Shown in pieces: positions 42,796 through 57,740 of a stretch of DNA of 64,000 nt. Origin of the DNA: Eledone cirrhosa (Eukaryota); contig OZ024746.1 of assembly GCA_964016885.1 (NCBI GenBank), positions 27,962,001 to 28,026,000 of the forward strand, read 5' to 3'. The translations under genes and the position numbers were made by a program. Under the pieces are notes generated by a model, which ran no database searches, was not told the DNA's origin, and saw only the letters and a program-made list of their open reading frames with translations. Position 1 is the stretch's first letter; each line of letters opens with the position of its first letter.

Positions 42796-43908
42796 ACCCA
42801 AGGGGCCATATGACGGGAAAACGTACACACTGACATCTTAACTCAAATACCCAACCCTACATGGAGCCCCTTGGTGGCCTACATGGAGGGTGCTTGCACG
42901 CACAGACCCCAGGACTCAGATTCTCAACGAGACAACGGCACATACAGAGTTCGATACGAGCTGACTACTTGCTCTACACATGGATGTGTATATACCAAAA
43001 CATACACTATTTAGACGATACGGATGTTACAATTCAGTCGATACACGTATAGCAGAACGTTGAACGGAATTTACTTGCGTGTGTATAGGGGTGTGGTTGA
43101 CCCAGTTTTTCTAATTTACATCGTTAAAATTGAGATTTGACCAATATAACATTTTTTGTTTTGTAACCTAACTTTCGGTGGTATATATATGTTTTCTCTG
43201 ACCTCGAGTCGGTGGTTGTGAGTGTGTGTGTACTCACTTACACTAATTGTGACTGTCTATAGTTCTACAGATTTGATGTTGAGATTAGACCTGTCCAGTG
43301 TCTTTTACAGCTATTGAAAGATAGAGACTTGATAGATTTATGACCCTGACTGAAGATGTCAGCATTTGGCGTGTTTTGGCTGCTGAATCTTCATATGGGC
43401 AACAGAACTCTAGTGAGTGAACATCCTAGTTTTTCCTGATGAGATCAGTGATAATCGATCATGACCACACGATCGATCTATCTCTTATTGAAACATGTGT
43501 CGTGATTAAAATGATTGGAAATTTATACCATGCCTTCGGATGTTTATTTTGATATACTTTAATTAGCATTAACACTAACAGAGTGTAGTCCATAATAGGG
43601 ATGTATACGATACATTTATGTACAATAAAGACACAAGAGTCGTGCAATGAAAACTTTAAGCTATAATCACGGCAAAGTTATCTTTATATCTGCTGAAAAA
43701 GCCAGACTTGTGTATCCGCATTTATATCCGCCATCGGTGACACAAAAATAAGTACAAAGCTTATGTACTTTTTTGCATTATTTCAAATATGCATCTCCAG
43801 CCGATGTTTCGTACGACAAATACTATATAGGCTTTCAGCTTATTCTTGTCTGGGTACCAACTGATTAAATATCACTGATGACGGATAAAAATCCAAAAAC
43901 ACGTACCG

Positions 43909-44020
<112 letters not shown>

Positions 44021-44494
44021 ATTAGTATATTTACCAACATATGCGTACAGATGTACACTAATGCTAGCAAATACATAAGTTATGTCATAGTACCTAGGTG
44101 GTTCAATGCAGGGGGATGCAGAACAATTATATGAAAGACGTAAAATAAGAAAATTTTAAAAATTAACTTACTTACTAAAATTTTCACTCCAACTAATTAG
44201 TTTCTGTAATGGGATAAAGATAGTTACGCAATGTAACTGTCGAGAATTCATTACGTCATCAGGGAGTCTATTCTCAGCTAAGTCTCCAGGCAATGCGCGG
44301 ACACTAGGGACTCATATAAAAATAATAATAATTCGGTGGATGGAACAGCTAGCGAGGACTGAATTCCAAAGCACTGAAAAAGTTCACTGTCTCTGGTCAA
44401 ATGGCAAATTAGTCTGCCCACTACTAATTTTCACAGAAAAAGCATATAACGATATGTGCTTTTACGATTCTCCAGAAAGGCCGGTAGATAGGTA

Positions 44495-44539
44495 AATATT
44501 GCTGATGAGTTGTAACAACAACGAAACTAGTTCAATATT
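44495..44539 (+). ncRNA. Minimal type I hammerhead, copy 1
   Basis: AATATTG-CTGATGA-GTTGT aaca ACAAC-GAAA-CTAG-TT-CAATATT; all stems perfect; palindromic stem III. Confidence 0.9.
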
Positions 44540-44960
44540 CCTTGTCTGGCTTTCTGGAGAATAGAGGAAAGGTGTTTCCTCAAAAACCAGTATGACTCTA
44601 AAAACCGGTTTGTCTGTGTGTTTACATACAGAATAGCTGGATACTCACAGTAAAGTAACCAGTGAAAGACTTGGTACATCTACATATGTATACGTGTGTG
44701 TATTCATATGCATACTAGTATTTCAGTATACATATATGGATGTACATTTTTAACTTAATTGTTTAAGCGTCAGTCATACAAAAGTGAGTTACAAACGAAA
44801 CGAAATTTAATTTCGTTTCGTTATTTGTTTTTATCGTCTCCGTTGAACCGGTACGTACTCACACTCTATGCAAATTAGTCTGCCCACTACTAATTTTCAT
44901 AGAAAAAGCATATAACGATATGTGCTTTTACGATTCTCCAGAAAGGCCGGTAGATAGGTA

Positions 44961-45005
44961 AATATTGCTGATGAGTTGTAACAACAACGAAACTAGTTCA
45001 ATATT
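44961..45005 (+). ncRNA. Minimal type I hammerhead, copy 2
   Basis: Identical to 44495-44539, 466 nt downstream. Confidence 0.9.
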
Positions 45006-46021
45006 CCTTGTCTGGCTTTCTGGAGAATAGAGGAAAGGTGTTTCCTCAAAAACCAGTATGACTCTAAAAACCGGTTTGTCTGTGTGTTTACATACAGAAT
45101 AGCTGGATACTCACAGTAAAGTAACCAGTGAAAGACTTGGTACATCTACATATGTATACGTGTGTGTATTCATATGCATACTAGTATTTCAGTATACATA
45201 TATGGATGTACATTTTTAACTTAATTGTTTATATATATATATATACCTATATATATATATAGATGTATATATCCTTCTCTCCTTCTATTGTCTCTCTATC
45301 TATCTACCTCCCTTCTCAACATCCTTCTCCTAACTACATAGACTCCATGCCCAGCAGGGAAGCTGTGAAACACCAACCGGAAATCATTTCAGTGTGCATT
45401 CCCTAAAATACAATGGCATCTTTAGAGCAAAATTTCAACCGGAAACTGTTAACTTTTAAAAAATACTGCTGATATGTGTATATTGATGTATGTTTTAATG
45501 TGTGTATGTGTTGATGTTGTGTTAATGTGTGTGTGTGTATGTTGACTTATGTGTTGATGTGTGTCTGTATGTTGACTTTATGTGTTGATGTGATTATGTT
45601 CCTTTATGTTCCTTGATGTTGGTGTTTCCATTTTGTGTTAATGTCTGTGCTGACGTGTAAATGTGTGTGTGTTTCTGTGTTGATGTGTGTGTGGGTGTTG
45701 ATGTATATGTTAATGTACGTGTTGATGTGTGTGTGAGTGTTGATGTATATGTTGATGTGTGTTCTGTCGTGTTTGAGTATTAATATATGTGTCAATGTGT
45801 GTGTTGATGTGTGAGTTGATGTGTTTGTACGAGTTGATGTATGTGTTCATGTGCGTGTTGATGTGTTTGTATGTGTTGATGTATGTATTCATGTGTGTGT
45901 TGGTGTGTATACTAATGTGTGTGATTGTGCGTTGGTGTATTTGTGTTTTTTATCTGTGTGTGATTATGTGTTGATATGTATGTGTTGATGTGCTTGCGTT
46001 GATTTGTGTTTGTGCGTGTAG

Positions 46022-46101
<80 letters not shown>

Positions 46102-46124
46102 TTGATGTGTGTGTGTGTGTGTGT

Positions 46125-46161
<37 letters not shown>

Positions 46162-47805
46162 TGTGTGTGTGTTTGTAGCTATGTGAATTCCAAGTTGAAG
46201 TAGTGTTGAGGAAAGGAGATATTAAATGGGAGATTATTTAAATCTAGGAATGGTTTCTCCATTATTTCACAATTAATCCCCTCCCTTCTTTACACACTAC
46301 TTTTGATTTTATCAGATTCAGCTGCAATAACCAGATATAAAGGCCACTATTCTCACTGGAATGGGATAGTAGGCGGCTTAGTAGTTAAGGTCTCAATTAT
46401 ACAATCATAACCTCCTGGGTTCAAACTCCCGACTGATGGATGCAGTGCGCTCTTGAGTAAGGTTCTTCATTCCACGTTGCTCCTGCTCACTCAATTGTAA
46501 AAATAAATACCTGTAAGATATAGGGGTTAACTTTGTGACTGCCTGAATCTCCTGACAATTAGAGTAACTGTTTATATTTATAGGAAATATCTAGTCACCA
46601 CTAACTATATAAAAGTGTGTTTATATGTAGATACAACCCCATGTAGTGTCTCAGCACAAATCTAGAACGTTCTTTTTTAGGATAAATGTGTAGCTGAGAG
46701 GTTTAGATGTGTGTGGGTTTTATCCCACTGGATTGTCATCATTTAGTATAATCTAAGATTGACCGAATTCTGTCAGTGTAATTAGGAAGACAGATACGGC
46801 ATAGAACAGCTCGTCTTCCTCACTATCCTCCGGGGAAACGCCTTCTCTATTCTGTCATCCGGGACCGCGGGGCAGCCAGGGCGTGGGCCCCCAATTGTTC
46901 ATAATAGCGAGACATGGGGAGAGCGGGAGAAAGGGAGGCCGTCACAGTGGCAGTTTGGTTCCTTTGTGTTCGGACCTGGTATATATGTATATGATTCAGA
47001 CACACTCACATTGGGTCAGTGATTAAGTTGGGAGTCAGTTATAGTATTTTACACTTATGATACGCCAACAACACATAACTACACTCCAAGTAGATGGATT
47101 GCACCTCATCGTTATCACATTCTTGATAAGCTGCTGCATGTCAGTGGACTATGTTAAAGGTACACTTATTTACAGGATACATAGCCACAAACCCGTTGAT
47201 GTATTGAGTAGAACATTCTCTTCATCGAACAACTAAATATTCATTGTTGAAACTGACGGACGATTTATCATAGTATTCTATAAAACAGTTGTTTAATTTT
47301 TCTGGGTATACCCCGAGCTAGATGGTTGGATAACATCCATAAATTTGGCTGGTCTAGCTTGGAGATCCAGTCCAATCAGTTGAAGGTGGTGGCTGCTGGC
47401 AGGACCCGCTGGAGGGTGTGTTTGAGGACCCTGCCACCACCAACCTCTCAGGAATAAGTGGGCGAAGAAGAAGAAGAAGAAGAAGAAGAAGAAGAAGAAG
47501 AAGAAGAAGAAGAAGAAGAAGAAGAAGCCAACGACGACTTTGCACACAAAGATAGACAAAATTTATTTTGTTAGAGACGTTAATATTTGATTTGAACATA
47601 CCTGGAAATATTCTCAACAAAAGGACATAACAATTATCTGATGCCAAAATTAATTAAGTAAGAGAAACAAATTTATAGAAGAGGATTTGTAATGATTGTG
47701 TGTGAAAATATGAAATTAATTTTGGACAGGTTTTCTGCTAATAAAGAATCATTGCTGTTGACAGGAATTCTCAGTAGAAAGCTTTTGTAGAATTTAAGAA
47801 TTTAA

Positions 47806-48320
47806 GGGAGAGAAAGAAGGGAGGGAGTTTGTGAGAGGGGGAGGGAGAGGAAGAGCGGGGTAGAGAGAGGAAAATCGGTGAGAGAGAGGAAGATAGAGAA
47901 GAGAGAGGGAGATAGAAGAAGAGAGAGGAAGAGGGAGTAGAAGAGAGATGAAGATAAAGAAGAGAGAGAAAGAGGGAGTAGAAGAGAGAGGGAGATAGAG
48001 AAGAGAGAGGGAGATAGAGAAGGGAGAGAAAGAGGGAGTAGAAGAGAGAGGAAGATAGAGAAGAGACAGAAAGATATAGAAGAGAGAGAAAGAAGGAGTA
48101 GAGGAGAGAGGAAGATAGAGAAGAGAGAGAAAGGGGGAGTAGAAGAGAGAGGAATATAGAGAAGAGAGAGAAAGATAGAGAAGAGAGAGAAAGAAGGAGT
48201 AGAGGAGAGAGGAAGATAGAGAAGAGAGAGAAAGAAGGAGTAGAGGAGAGAGGAAGATAGAGAAGAGAGAGAAAGACAGAGTAGAGGAGAGAGGGAGATA
48301 GAGACAAGGGAGGAGTAGGA
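47806..48320. repeat. Polypurine GA-rich minisatellite (about 40-bp unit)
   Basis: GAGAGGAAGATAGAGAAGAGAGAGAAAGA.GGAGTAGA repeats. Confidence 0.9.
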
Positions 48321-48404
48321 GTAACTCAACTCAACATAATAAAGATATATATATAAATGTCGGTTTAAGATTCAACAGAGATTCCTACTGTTATCAAGTC
48401 TCAA

Positions 48405-49043
48405 TGGTGGAATGGCAGTATCGGTAGAGGGTCGGACGCCATGCTGTGCAGCATAGAGTTACGGCCCTTTTTGGTCTGAGTTCAAATCTCGCCGAGGTTA
48501 ACTTTGCCTTTCATCCTTACGGGGTCGATAAAATAAAGTACCAGTAATGTACTGGGTGATTGCTGGCCTTGTGCCAAAAGTAGAAACAAATATTAGTTTA
48601 TAAGGATTGGCAGTATCAGTGGAGAGTCGGACAACATGCGTTGTGGCATAGAGTTATGGCCCTTTACATTCAGAGTTTAGATCCCACCGAGATTAGCTTT
48701 GCCTTTCATCCTTATGGGGTCAAGAAAATAAAGTACCAGTAACGCACTGGGATCGATTTAATTGACTTACCAACAAAATTGTTGGCCTTGTGCCTAAATC
48801 AGAAATCAATATTGATTTATAAGGGCAGTGGATTGGCAGTATCGGGGGTGCCATCAAACAATGTTTTATGGCATAGAGTTACGGCCCCTTACCAAATAAG
48901 TTCAAATCCTGTCGGGGTTAGCTTTGCCTTTCATCCTTATGGAGTCGATAAAATAAAGTACCAGTAATGAACTGGGATGATTTAATCGACATTCCCCGGC
49001 CATAAAATTGTTCGCCTTGTGCCTAATTCAGAAACCAATATCA
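48405..49043 (+). mobile_element. Three head-to-tail SINEs
   Basis: TGGCAGTATC heads at about 48413, 48608 and 48835, each with the CCTTTCATCCTTA.GG.GTC core and GAAA.CAA tail. Confidence 0.9.
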
Positions 49044-49202
49044 ATTATATATATATATATATATATATGTTCTGGTATTTTTTTATTTCTCAGGAGAATT
49101 CCATATATATGTATGTATGTATATATGTATGTTGGCTGGTTACTTGGTATGTATCTGTCTCTATAATTATGTGTCTATGTGTGTGCGTGTGTGCGTGTTG
49201 TG

Positions 49203-49242
<40 letters not shown>

Positions 49243-49700
49243 TGTGTATATATTCTAAATTTTACCATCATCAGAATTAGGCGCCTGAATATCGATCAGA
49301 ATTTCAAGAGAATAGTTCCTAGAGAAAGTAATGAGAAAATAGTGCCAGACGAGAATATCTCCGGAGGGGAGCTGTCAAAATATCTTACCTGCCTCCATTT
49401 ATTCATTAGACCAACCTTCAAATGGTGTTTACTTTCATTTTAGCTACGTTCTTGAGAGAAAACCTTGGCCTGAGCACTTATCGAAAACAAAGTGTATGTG
49501 GATGTTGTTGGATGAGTGTGTGTGTTGTTGGGGGGGGGGGGGGTATATATATGTGGATCTTTGAAGGTGTTTGCGCGAGTGTTTACTTGTGTGTATGCCT
49601 GTGATTTTTGAAGCCCAATGTGTGTACACCTGTAAGCGTTTATATGCGTATGTATATATGTATGTATACTAATCTGTAAATATATATATATATATATATC

Positions 49701-49734
<34 letters not shown>

Positions 49735-49757
49735 ATATATTTATGAATATATATATA

Positions 49758-49847
<90 letters not shown>

Positions 49848-50039
49848 AGAGGGAGAAAGAAAGAGAGAATATGATAGAGTTAGATATGTATATATAATTG
49901 TTTCTACTTTTGGCACAAGGCCAGCAAAATCAACCAGTACATTACTCGTACTTTATTTTATCGAATGCGTGCATGTGTGTTAGCGTAGACCTATATATAT
50001 ATATATGTATATATACATATACACAGATGTACACATACA

Positions 50040-51354
50040 CACACATACATATATATATAGACAGAGAGAGAGAAAGAAAGCAAGAGAGAGAGAGATAGGT
50101 AGACATGCAAGTACATACATACATACATACAGACATACATACATACATACATACATACATACATACATACATACATACATACGTAGATACATACATAGAT
50201 CCATACATACATAGATACATACATACATACATACATACATACATACATACATACATACATACATAGAGAGAGAGATAGGTAGACATGCAAGTACATACAT
50301 ACATACATACATACATACATACATACATGCATACATACATACATACATACATACATACATACATACATACATACATACATGCATACATACATACATACAT
50401 GCATACATACATGCATACATACATACATACATACATACATACATACATACATGCATGCATACATACATACATACATACATGCATACATACATACATACAT
50501 ACATACATACATGCATACATGCATACATACATACATACATACATACATACATGCATACATACATACATGCATACATACATGCATACATACATACATACAT
50601 ACATACATACATACATGCATGCATACATACATACATACATGCATACATACATACATACATACATACATACATACATACATACATACATACATGCATACAT
50701 GCATACATACATACATACATACATACATACATACATACATGCATGCATGCATACATACATACATACATACATACATACATACATGCATACATGCATACAT
50801 ACATGCATGCATACATACATACATACATACATGCATACATACATAGATACATACATACATACATAGAGAGAGAGATAGGTAGACATGCAAGTACATACAT
50901 ACATGCATGCATACATACATACATACATACATACATACATACATACATACATACATACATGCATGCATGCATGCATGCATACATACATACATACATACAT
51001 ACATACATGCATACATACATACATACATACATACATACATACATACATACATACATACATGCATACATACATACATACATGCATACATACATACATACAT
51101 ACATACATAGATACATGCATACATACATACATGCATGCATGCATGCATACATACATACATACATACATACATACATACATACATACATGCATACATACAT
51201 ACATGCATGCATGCATGCATACATACATACATACATACATACATACATACATACATACATACATACATACATGCATGCATACATACATACATACATACAT
51301 ACATACATACATACATACATACATACATACATACATACATACATACATACATAC
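50040..51354. repeat. (CATA/CATG)n array with a thrice-repeated junction
   Basis: GAGAGAGAGATAGGTAGACATGCAAGTA at about 50086, 50266 and 50866. Confidence 0.95.
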
Positions 51355-51642
51355 TTAGGCACGTATATACACATTTCATTTGTTGTACAATAATTATTCC
51401 TTCATTCCTCATTCATCTCATTTTTTGGCCTGGAGGTAGCCATTTTGTTTTTCATGAATTCGTTTTAACCTTCCACCATTTTAGAAGTAAATACATAGAA
51501 ATAAGGAAAAGATGACATCTTATTTTGTAAAAGTAATTTTACCAACTATGAATCGACAGATTCATTTGACAGCCTCCTTCTGTTTCACCATCTTGTTTGT
51601 CCGCCATAACATTTCATTTGCTTATTTATTTATTAACTTATA

Positions 51643-51723
<81 letters not shown>

Positions 51724-51962
51724 GTTGGTGTTTGAGCTGTTGTGGCGGTGGTTGGTGTGGTTGTGGTAGTGGTTGTGGTTGTGGTTGTGATTGTGATTGT
51801 TTTTGATTGTTTGAGTTGTGATTGTTGTTGGTTGTTGTTTGTGTTGTATCTTTTTTATCTTCTGTTTTTGAATAAATCATAACAGTAAATAGCGGAATGT
51901 TTTAGCCTGGGGTTAGCTAGCGGCAGCCAATTTCTTTGAAAACTTTAACCACATACACTATC

Positions 51963-52002
<40 letters not shown>

Positions 52003-52018
52003 GGGGGAGAGAGAGAGA

Positions 52019-52074
<56 letters not shown>

Positions 52075-52218
52075 GAGTATATGTTGGTTGTATACCAACA
52101 CCTCAGTATGCAGGCTGGAGCACTCGACGAAGTGCGCAGGTTGGTTTGGTTACTCCGGAGTAATGTAAAATAAAGTTAAATAAATAAGTCAAATGTTTAA
52201 AATTTAGCTTCGTTTATT

Positions 52219-52273
52219 ACTGTTATATATATTTCGGTGACAGCCATCTTTGGCTGTGACCTCTTCAGGCAGT
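52219..52273 (-). ncRNA. Minimal hammerhead (family D, left arm)
   Basis: Reverse complement of 52504-52558 with one stem I mismatch. Confidence 0.75.
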
Positions 52274-52503
52274 CCAAATTAGTATGGTATAGACAAGTAC
52301 ATATGTTGTTGAGGTGTATAATTTTGTCAATACTCTGATATGCCCAGTTCCTGGTTGGGTTGTTATTTCACTGAGGAACTGGAACCATATGATTCCATTT
52401 CCTCACTGAAATAACAACCCAACCAGGAACTGGGCATATCAGAGTATTGACAATATTATACACCTCAACAACATATGTACTTGTCTATACCACACTAATT
52501 CGG

Positions 52504-52558
52504 ACTGCCTGAAGAGGTCACAGCCAAAGATGGCTGTCACCGAAATATATATAGCAGT
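52504..52558 (+). ncRNA. Minimal hammerhead (family D, right arm)
   Basis: ACTGC-CTGAAGA-GGTCACAGCCA aaga TGGCTGTCACC-GAAA-TATATA-TA-GCAGT-AATAAA. Confidence 0.9.
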
Positions 52559-52630
52559 AATAAACGAAGCTAAATTTTAAACATTCGACTTATTTATTTT
52601 ACTTTATTTTATATATATATATATATATTG

Positions 52631-52738
<108 letters not shown>

Positions 52739-53891
52739 GCAATCGTAAGGTTGTAAGTTCGATTCCTGGACCAGGCGATGCGTTATGTCCTTGAACAAGA
52801 CACTTTATTTCACGTTGCTCCTTCTACCTGGAGTTGCGACCGATAGATGGTATTAGCAATTGGTAAGACCAACGGAAACATTGTTCCCTCGGTCCGATTT
52901 GACGAAAGTCGATCGTTCCTATATTGTTATATATATATATTCATATATATTATATGTACATATATATATTATATATATATACGTATATATATATGTGTGT
53001 GTATGTGTGTATATATATGTATATATATATATATATATGAATGTACGTGTATGGTAGGGATTGTTGGGGTTGTGTGTGTGAATGTGTATACATAAAAGTT
53101 TGCAGCTTTTTTTCAACTCAAACATGAGAAGATGGGGAAATAAAATCACATGACATTTACAATTTAGGTATTTTCACGAGCAATGAAATATCGTTGTTAC
53201 TAGAATTGCATTGATTAAAGTTGTACATAAAGCTACTGGGAAGGCACAGATGTGGAAGCTTGGTGCTGTTGAGGATGTGAGGATTTAATGTAACAACAAC
53301 AACGTAAAGTCATATATATTCCTGAGAGGGTCGTGGGGGCAGAGTCCTCAAACATTCCTTACAGAGCATTTTGTCAGAAGCATCCGTCTCCAGCTGATCC
53401 GGCTCGACCCCCACGTGAGACCAGCCGATCTCAAGGATCAGGCTGTTTCAGGAAATAATAACTTTTCCTATGACCCTCTCATCAATAAGTTGGTAAAGAT
53501 GACTAGAGCATAAATTTGATCACTCTGCACCTCCATGCACAATCTGGGGTGCTGTGCATCTATATATATATATATATGTATAGCGTTGGGAATATACAGT
53601 TAATATAAAGAATGATGTGCTCATGCGCGGAGATACTATACAATAGCATAAGATAGGCTGAAGACCCAGAAAAGGAAAAAGTAGTGGTCATCGGCCGCTA
53701 TGAGGTATCAAATCCTATATATCTCTGGTATCAGCTAGGTGCTTTTAACCATCAAACTAAGGGGCCAAGACAACTCTTACCGTCTTAAATTAGATAAATA
53801 ACTGTATCACAAATAGCTCTGTGTGATGGGTGCTGCTGGGAGACGCAGAAATGAGTACTCAATACTGACATTAAGTTTAACATTATTGCAT

Positions 53892-53990
53892 ATAATTGTT
53901 TTTTCTTTTGGCACAAGGCCAGCAATTTCCAGTACATTACTGGTACTTTATTTTATCGACCCCGTAAGGATGAAAGGCAAAGTTAACCTG
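53892..53990 (-). mobile_element. 5'-truncated SINE
   Basis: Tail and core only. Confidence 0.8.
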
Positions 53991-54110
53991 GGTCATGTTA
54001 CATTGGCGTTTCACCCGTTTACTCACAGAACCGTCATGCCTGAAAATCTTACTAATACGTCAATAAAACTCCAAAGTAACAAGACTAATCATAATAAAGA
54101 ATAAAGAAAA

Positions 54111-54414
<304 letters not shown>

Positions 54415-54421
<7 letters not shown>

Positions 54422-54630
54422 ATATTTGGGGATGGTTATGTTGCCAATATTGCTAATAGAAAGCGCATGCACCATATAATTTTCACTTTATCTTTATTAT
54501 TCGTTATTCATTTGTTTACTAAAGTTCTTTCATCACAAATTCTGTGACCTCCTCAGTGATTATCTGTTTATGCCTCCTCGGTTTCCCCGTCTTAAACTTC
54601 TACTATATCTTGTCTTTGTTGGCAGAGCAA
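54415..54630 (-). mobile_element. PLE 3' fragment with degenerate HHR (54518-54560)
   Basis: Minus strand ATCA-CTGAGGA-gGTCACA gaatt TGTGAT-GAAA-GAAC-TT; homologous to 26700-26930. Confidence 0.7.
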
Positions 54631-54647
54631 ATGTATGTATGTGTGTA

Positions 54648-54752
<105 letters not shown>

Positions 54753-54819
54753 ATGTATGCATGTATATATGTATGTACGTAATTATGTATGTATATATAT
54801 ATATATCTGTGTATGTGTG

Positions 54820-54909
54820 AAAAACAGATATGTATTTAGCATATACGTATGAGCGCGTGCTTCTTTGTGTGGATTTAAGTACGTGTATATATGTATGTAC
54901 GTATATTTG

Positions 54910-54993
<84 letters not shown>

Positions 54994-55100
54994 CGTATCT
55001 GTAGAACAGATATGTCTTCAGCACATACGTTTGAGCCGGTGCTTCTTTATGTGGATTTATGTACGTGTATATATGTATGTATGTACGCATATTTGTATGT

Positions 55101-55179
<79 letters not shown>

Positions 55180-55270
55180 CGTATCTATATAGAACAGATA
55201 TGTATTCAGCATATACGTATAAGCCGGTGCTTCTTTATGTGGATTTATGTACGTGTATATATGTGTGTAT
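54820..55270. repeat. Three-copy higher-order repeat with embedded TA/TG tracts
   Basis: AACAGATATGT..CA.ATACGT..GTGCTTCTTT.TGTGGATTTA.GTACGTGT x3. Confidence 0.9.
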
Positions 55271-55523
55271 TTCCGGTTTGTTTCCGATCGAACTTACAGT
55301 TTGTTTTGATCTGCCAGTAAAATGATGTCGACGTTGTAAAGAAGGAAGTATCAAGCAGAGTTTTGTGTTCTTCTTATCCTCTAACCTCTAACATTCCATA
55401 CTTCTATCTGCCAAGAAATTCTTTCAAATACATTTTTATTGTTCCAGATATGGCGATGTGATTATATCTAACGTACAAACTACACAGCTGCGCTATCTTT
55501 TCATGTTCCACAAAGAATTGTAG

Positions 55524-55582
<59 letters not shown>

Positions 55583-55624
55583 CCACACACACACGCATAT
55601 ATATATTTATATATATATATATAT

Positions 55625-56004
55625 ACGATATTAACAAATGGAAACTATATTTATAAAACCATATTTATTTCATTATACATATTTCAAGGACATCCAGTCA
55701 AATTATGGTGCGCTTTCATCATATAAAATATAATATATATCAGTTTTATAAATAAATATTGACATACCCTTAAATATATATTGACATACCCTTGAAATAT
55801 GTATAATGAAATAAATATGGTTTTATAAATATAGTTTCCATTTGTTAATATCGTATTTTTACTCCAAAAAATCAGTTGAGTGCTTTATATCAGTTGTAAA
55901 AATATTTGCTTGTTGTATCCCAACAATTTAAATAGAACTTTTACATATATATATATATATATGGAGAGGTTATATTTAATTTGTTGGGATACAACAAGCT
56001 TAAA

Positions 56005-56010
<6 letters not shown>
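55625..56010. mobile_element. Family C fold-back plus a small inverted tail copy
   Basis: Arms about 55625-55690 and 55789-55856; 55963-56010 mirrors 55899-55943. Confidence 0.8.
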
Positions 56011-56053
<43 letters not shown>

Positions 56054-56201
56054 TATATATATATATAAGCAAAGAGTTATTTAATTTGTTGGTTATTCAA
56101 CAAATTTATTTATAACAGATTCGAAGCACTCTACAAGATTTTTCTGGAGTATAATATCAATAATATTAATGAATGGAAACTATCTTTGTAAAACCATATT
56201 T

Positions 56202-56260
56202 ATTTTATTATATATATTTCAAGGGTACCAAAATTTTGGCACGCCCTCGTCAGATAAAAT
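56202..56260 (-). ncRNA. Minimal hammerhead (family C)
   Basis: ATTTTAT-CTGACGA-GGGCGTGCCAAA..TTTGGTACCCTT-GAAA-TATATA-TA-ATAAAAT. Confidence 0.85.
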
Positions 56261-57459
56261 ACAAAAGTTGTTTTACAGATAGTGACATATCCAAAAAAAA
56301 AAACAAGAACTTATCGTTTTAAATTCTGTTTGATGAGTGAAAAAAATTCAAATCTTTGGATGAATATGTTAATGAGGATAACGTAAGGTTGAAAAAGATC
56401 GTAGTAAATTTAAATAATTATTAGGATTATTTTTTAAGGGAAGAAAATTTAAGGAAATTTAAGAAAAGAATATAAGTCAGAAATAGACTATACGATCTGA
56501 GTTCAAATCCCGCCGAGGTTGACTTTGCCTTTCATCCTTACGGGGTCGATAAAATAAAGTACCAGTAATGCACTGGTAATTGCTGGCCTTGTGCCTAAAG
56601 TAGAAACAATTATTAATATATAATTGTATGGATCGTATTAGTGATGGAGTAAAGAGAGTGAAATAATTATATTTATTTATTTAATTATATAGTTTTATAT
56701 TTTGGGAGTATCTATAATATAATATGAGAATTATAAATCTGTTGATGTGGTAGAATATTAATTTTAAAAAGTGAGAGATACTACTAATTATTGGGTCTAT
56801 TGTCATAGTGAGTTTTAATATTATAGAGATAATATTTATAAGTATATTTTATGAAGAATTAGGGTTGTAAGTATATTTTATTTTATTATATTACAAGTTA
56901 TTTATATAAATAATTTTGGTGAGTATATATGTTGCTTTTATTAATAGATAGATAATTTAAATATTTTTTATATGTGAACAGTTACGATGAATTTCTTGTT
57001 TACATTTTCAATATGTTTTAAGAAAGAGGAAGTAGTTCTATTTTATTATAGAAGATTATTTTGTACATTCAATAGTTGCATCAAGATAGGAATACATTTA
57101 CGAAATTATACAAAAAAGCATTTTAATATTTATTTAAAGTTTAGTTGATACTTAGAAAAAATGTGTAAACGTGTTACATTATAAAGGAAAAGATAACTCC
57201 AATACTTCTTATTTAAAATAGTTAAGTTATATTTACCGTTTATTCTAGAATTTACTTTTAAAAAAATATTCTAATTAAGATATATGTAAAAAAAAAGATA
57301 TATATTATTTTATATATGATTTTATAGTATCATATATTACATATTCTCTAAGATAAAGATTCTTTTATATATGTATTTGATAGCATTCCTTATATCTATG
57401 CATATGTTAATGGTATTAAGCATTTATATGTATGGATTTGCAATGTCTATATAGTATAT

Positions 57460-57740
57460 TAGGAAGAAATACTACAGACATCAAAAGTATATTCCAAAAC
57501 ATCATTAAAACCCATCACAAAAAGATATATTTCAAAATATCATTTAAGAAATATCATTTTCTAGAATTGTTAGCTATAGGAGCGGCACGATTATTATTAG
57601 TAAACAATTCTAGAAAATGTAACTGTAGAAACGAATTAAATTGCCCTTTACAGAATAATTGTCTAGATAAAAATTTAGTATACAAATGCACAGTAAAAAC
57701 TAGAGAAAAGTTATATAACTATATAGGAGCCACTTCTACA
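57460..57740 (+). pseudogene. PLE linker and N-terminal GIY-YIG remnant
   Basis: NIIKTHHKKI..CNCRNELNCPLQNNCLDKNLVYKCTV..YNYIGATST; truncated after YIG. Confidence 0.8.

Larger units (their letters stand above)
44404..45231 (+). mobile_element. 466-bp partial tandem (about 1.8 units) with two hammerheads, retrozyme-like or PLE-repeat-like
   Basis: 44404-44765 is nearly identical to 44870-45231; the right end joins (TA)n. Confidence 0.8.
52071..52611. mobile_element. Family D fold-back with HHRs on both strands
   Basis: Arms about 52168-52376 and 52401-52611; the left arm extends about 100 bp further to the TTTTGAG terminus shared with 19832. Confidence 0.9.
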
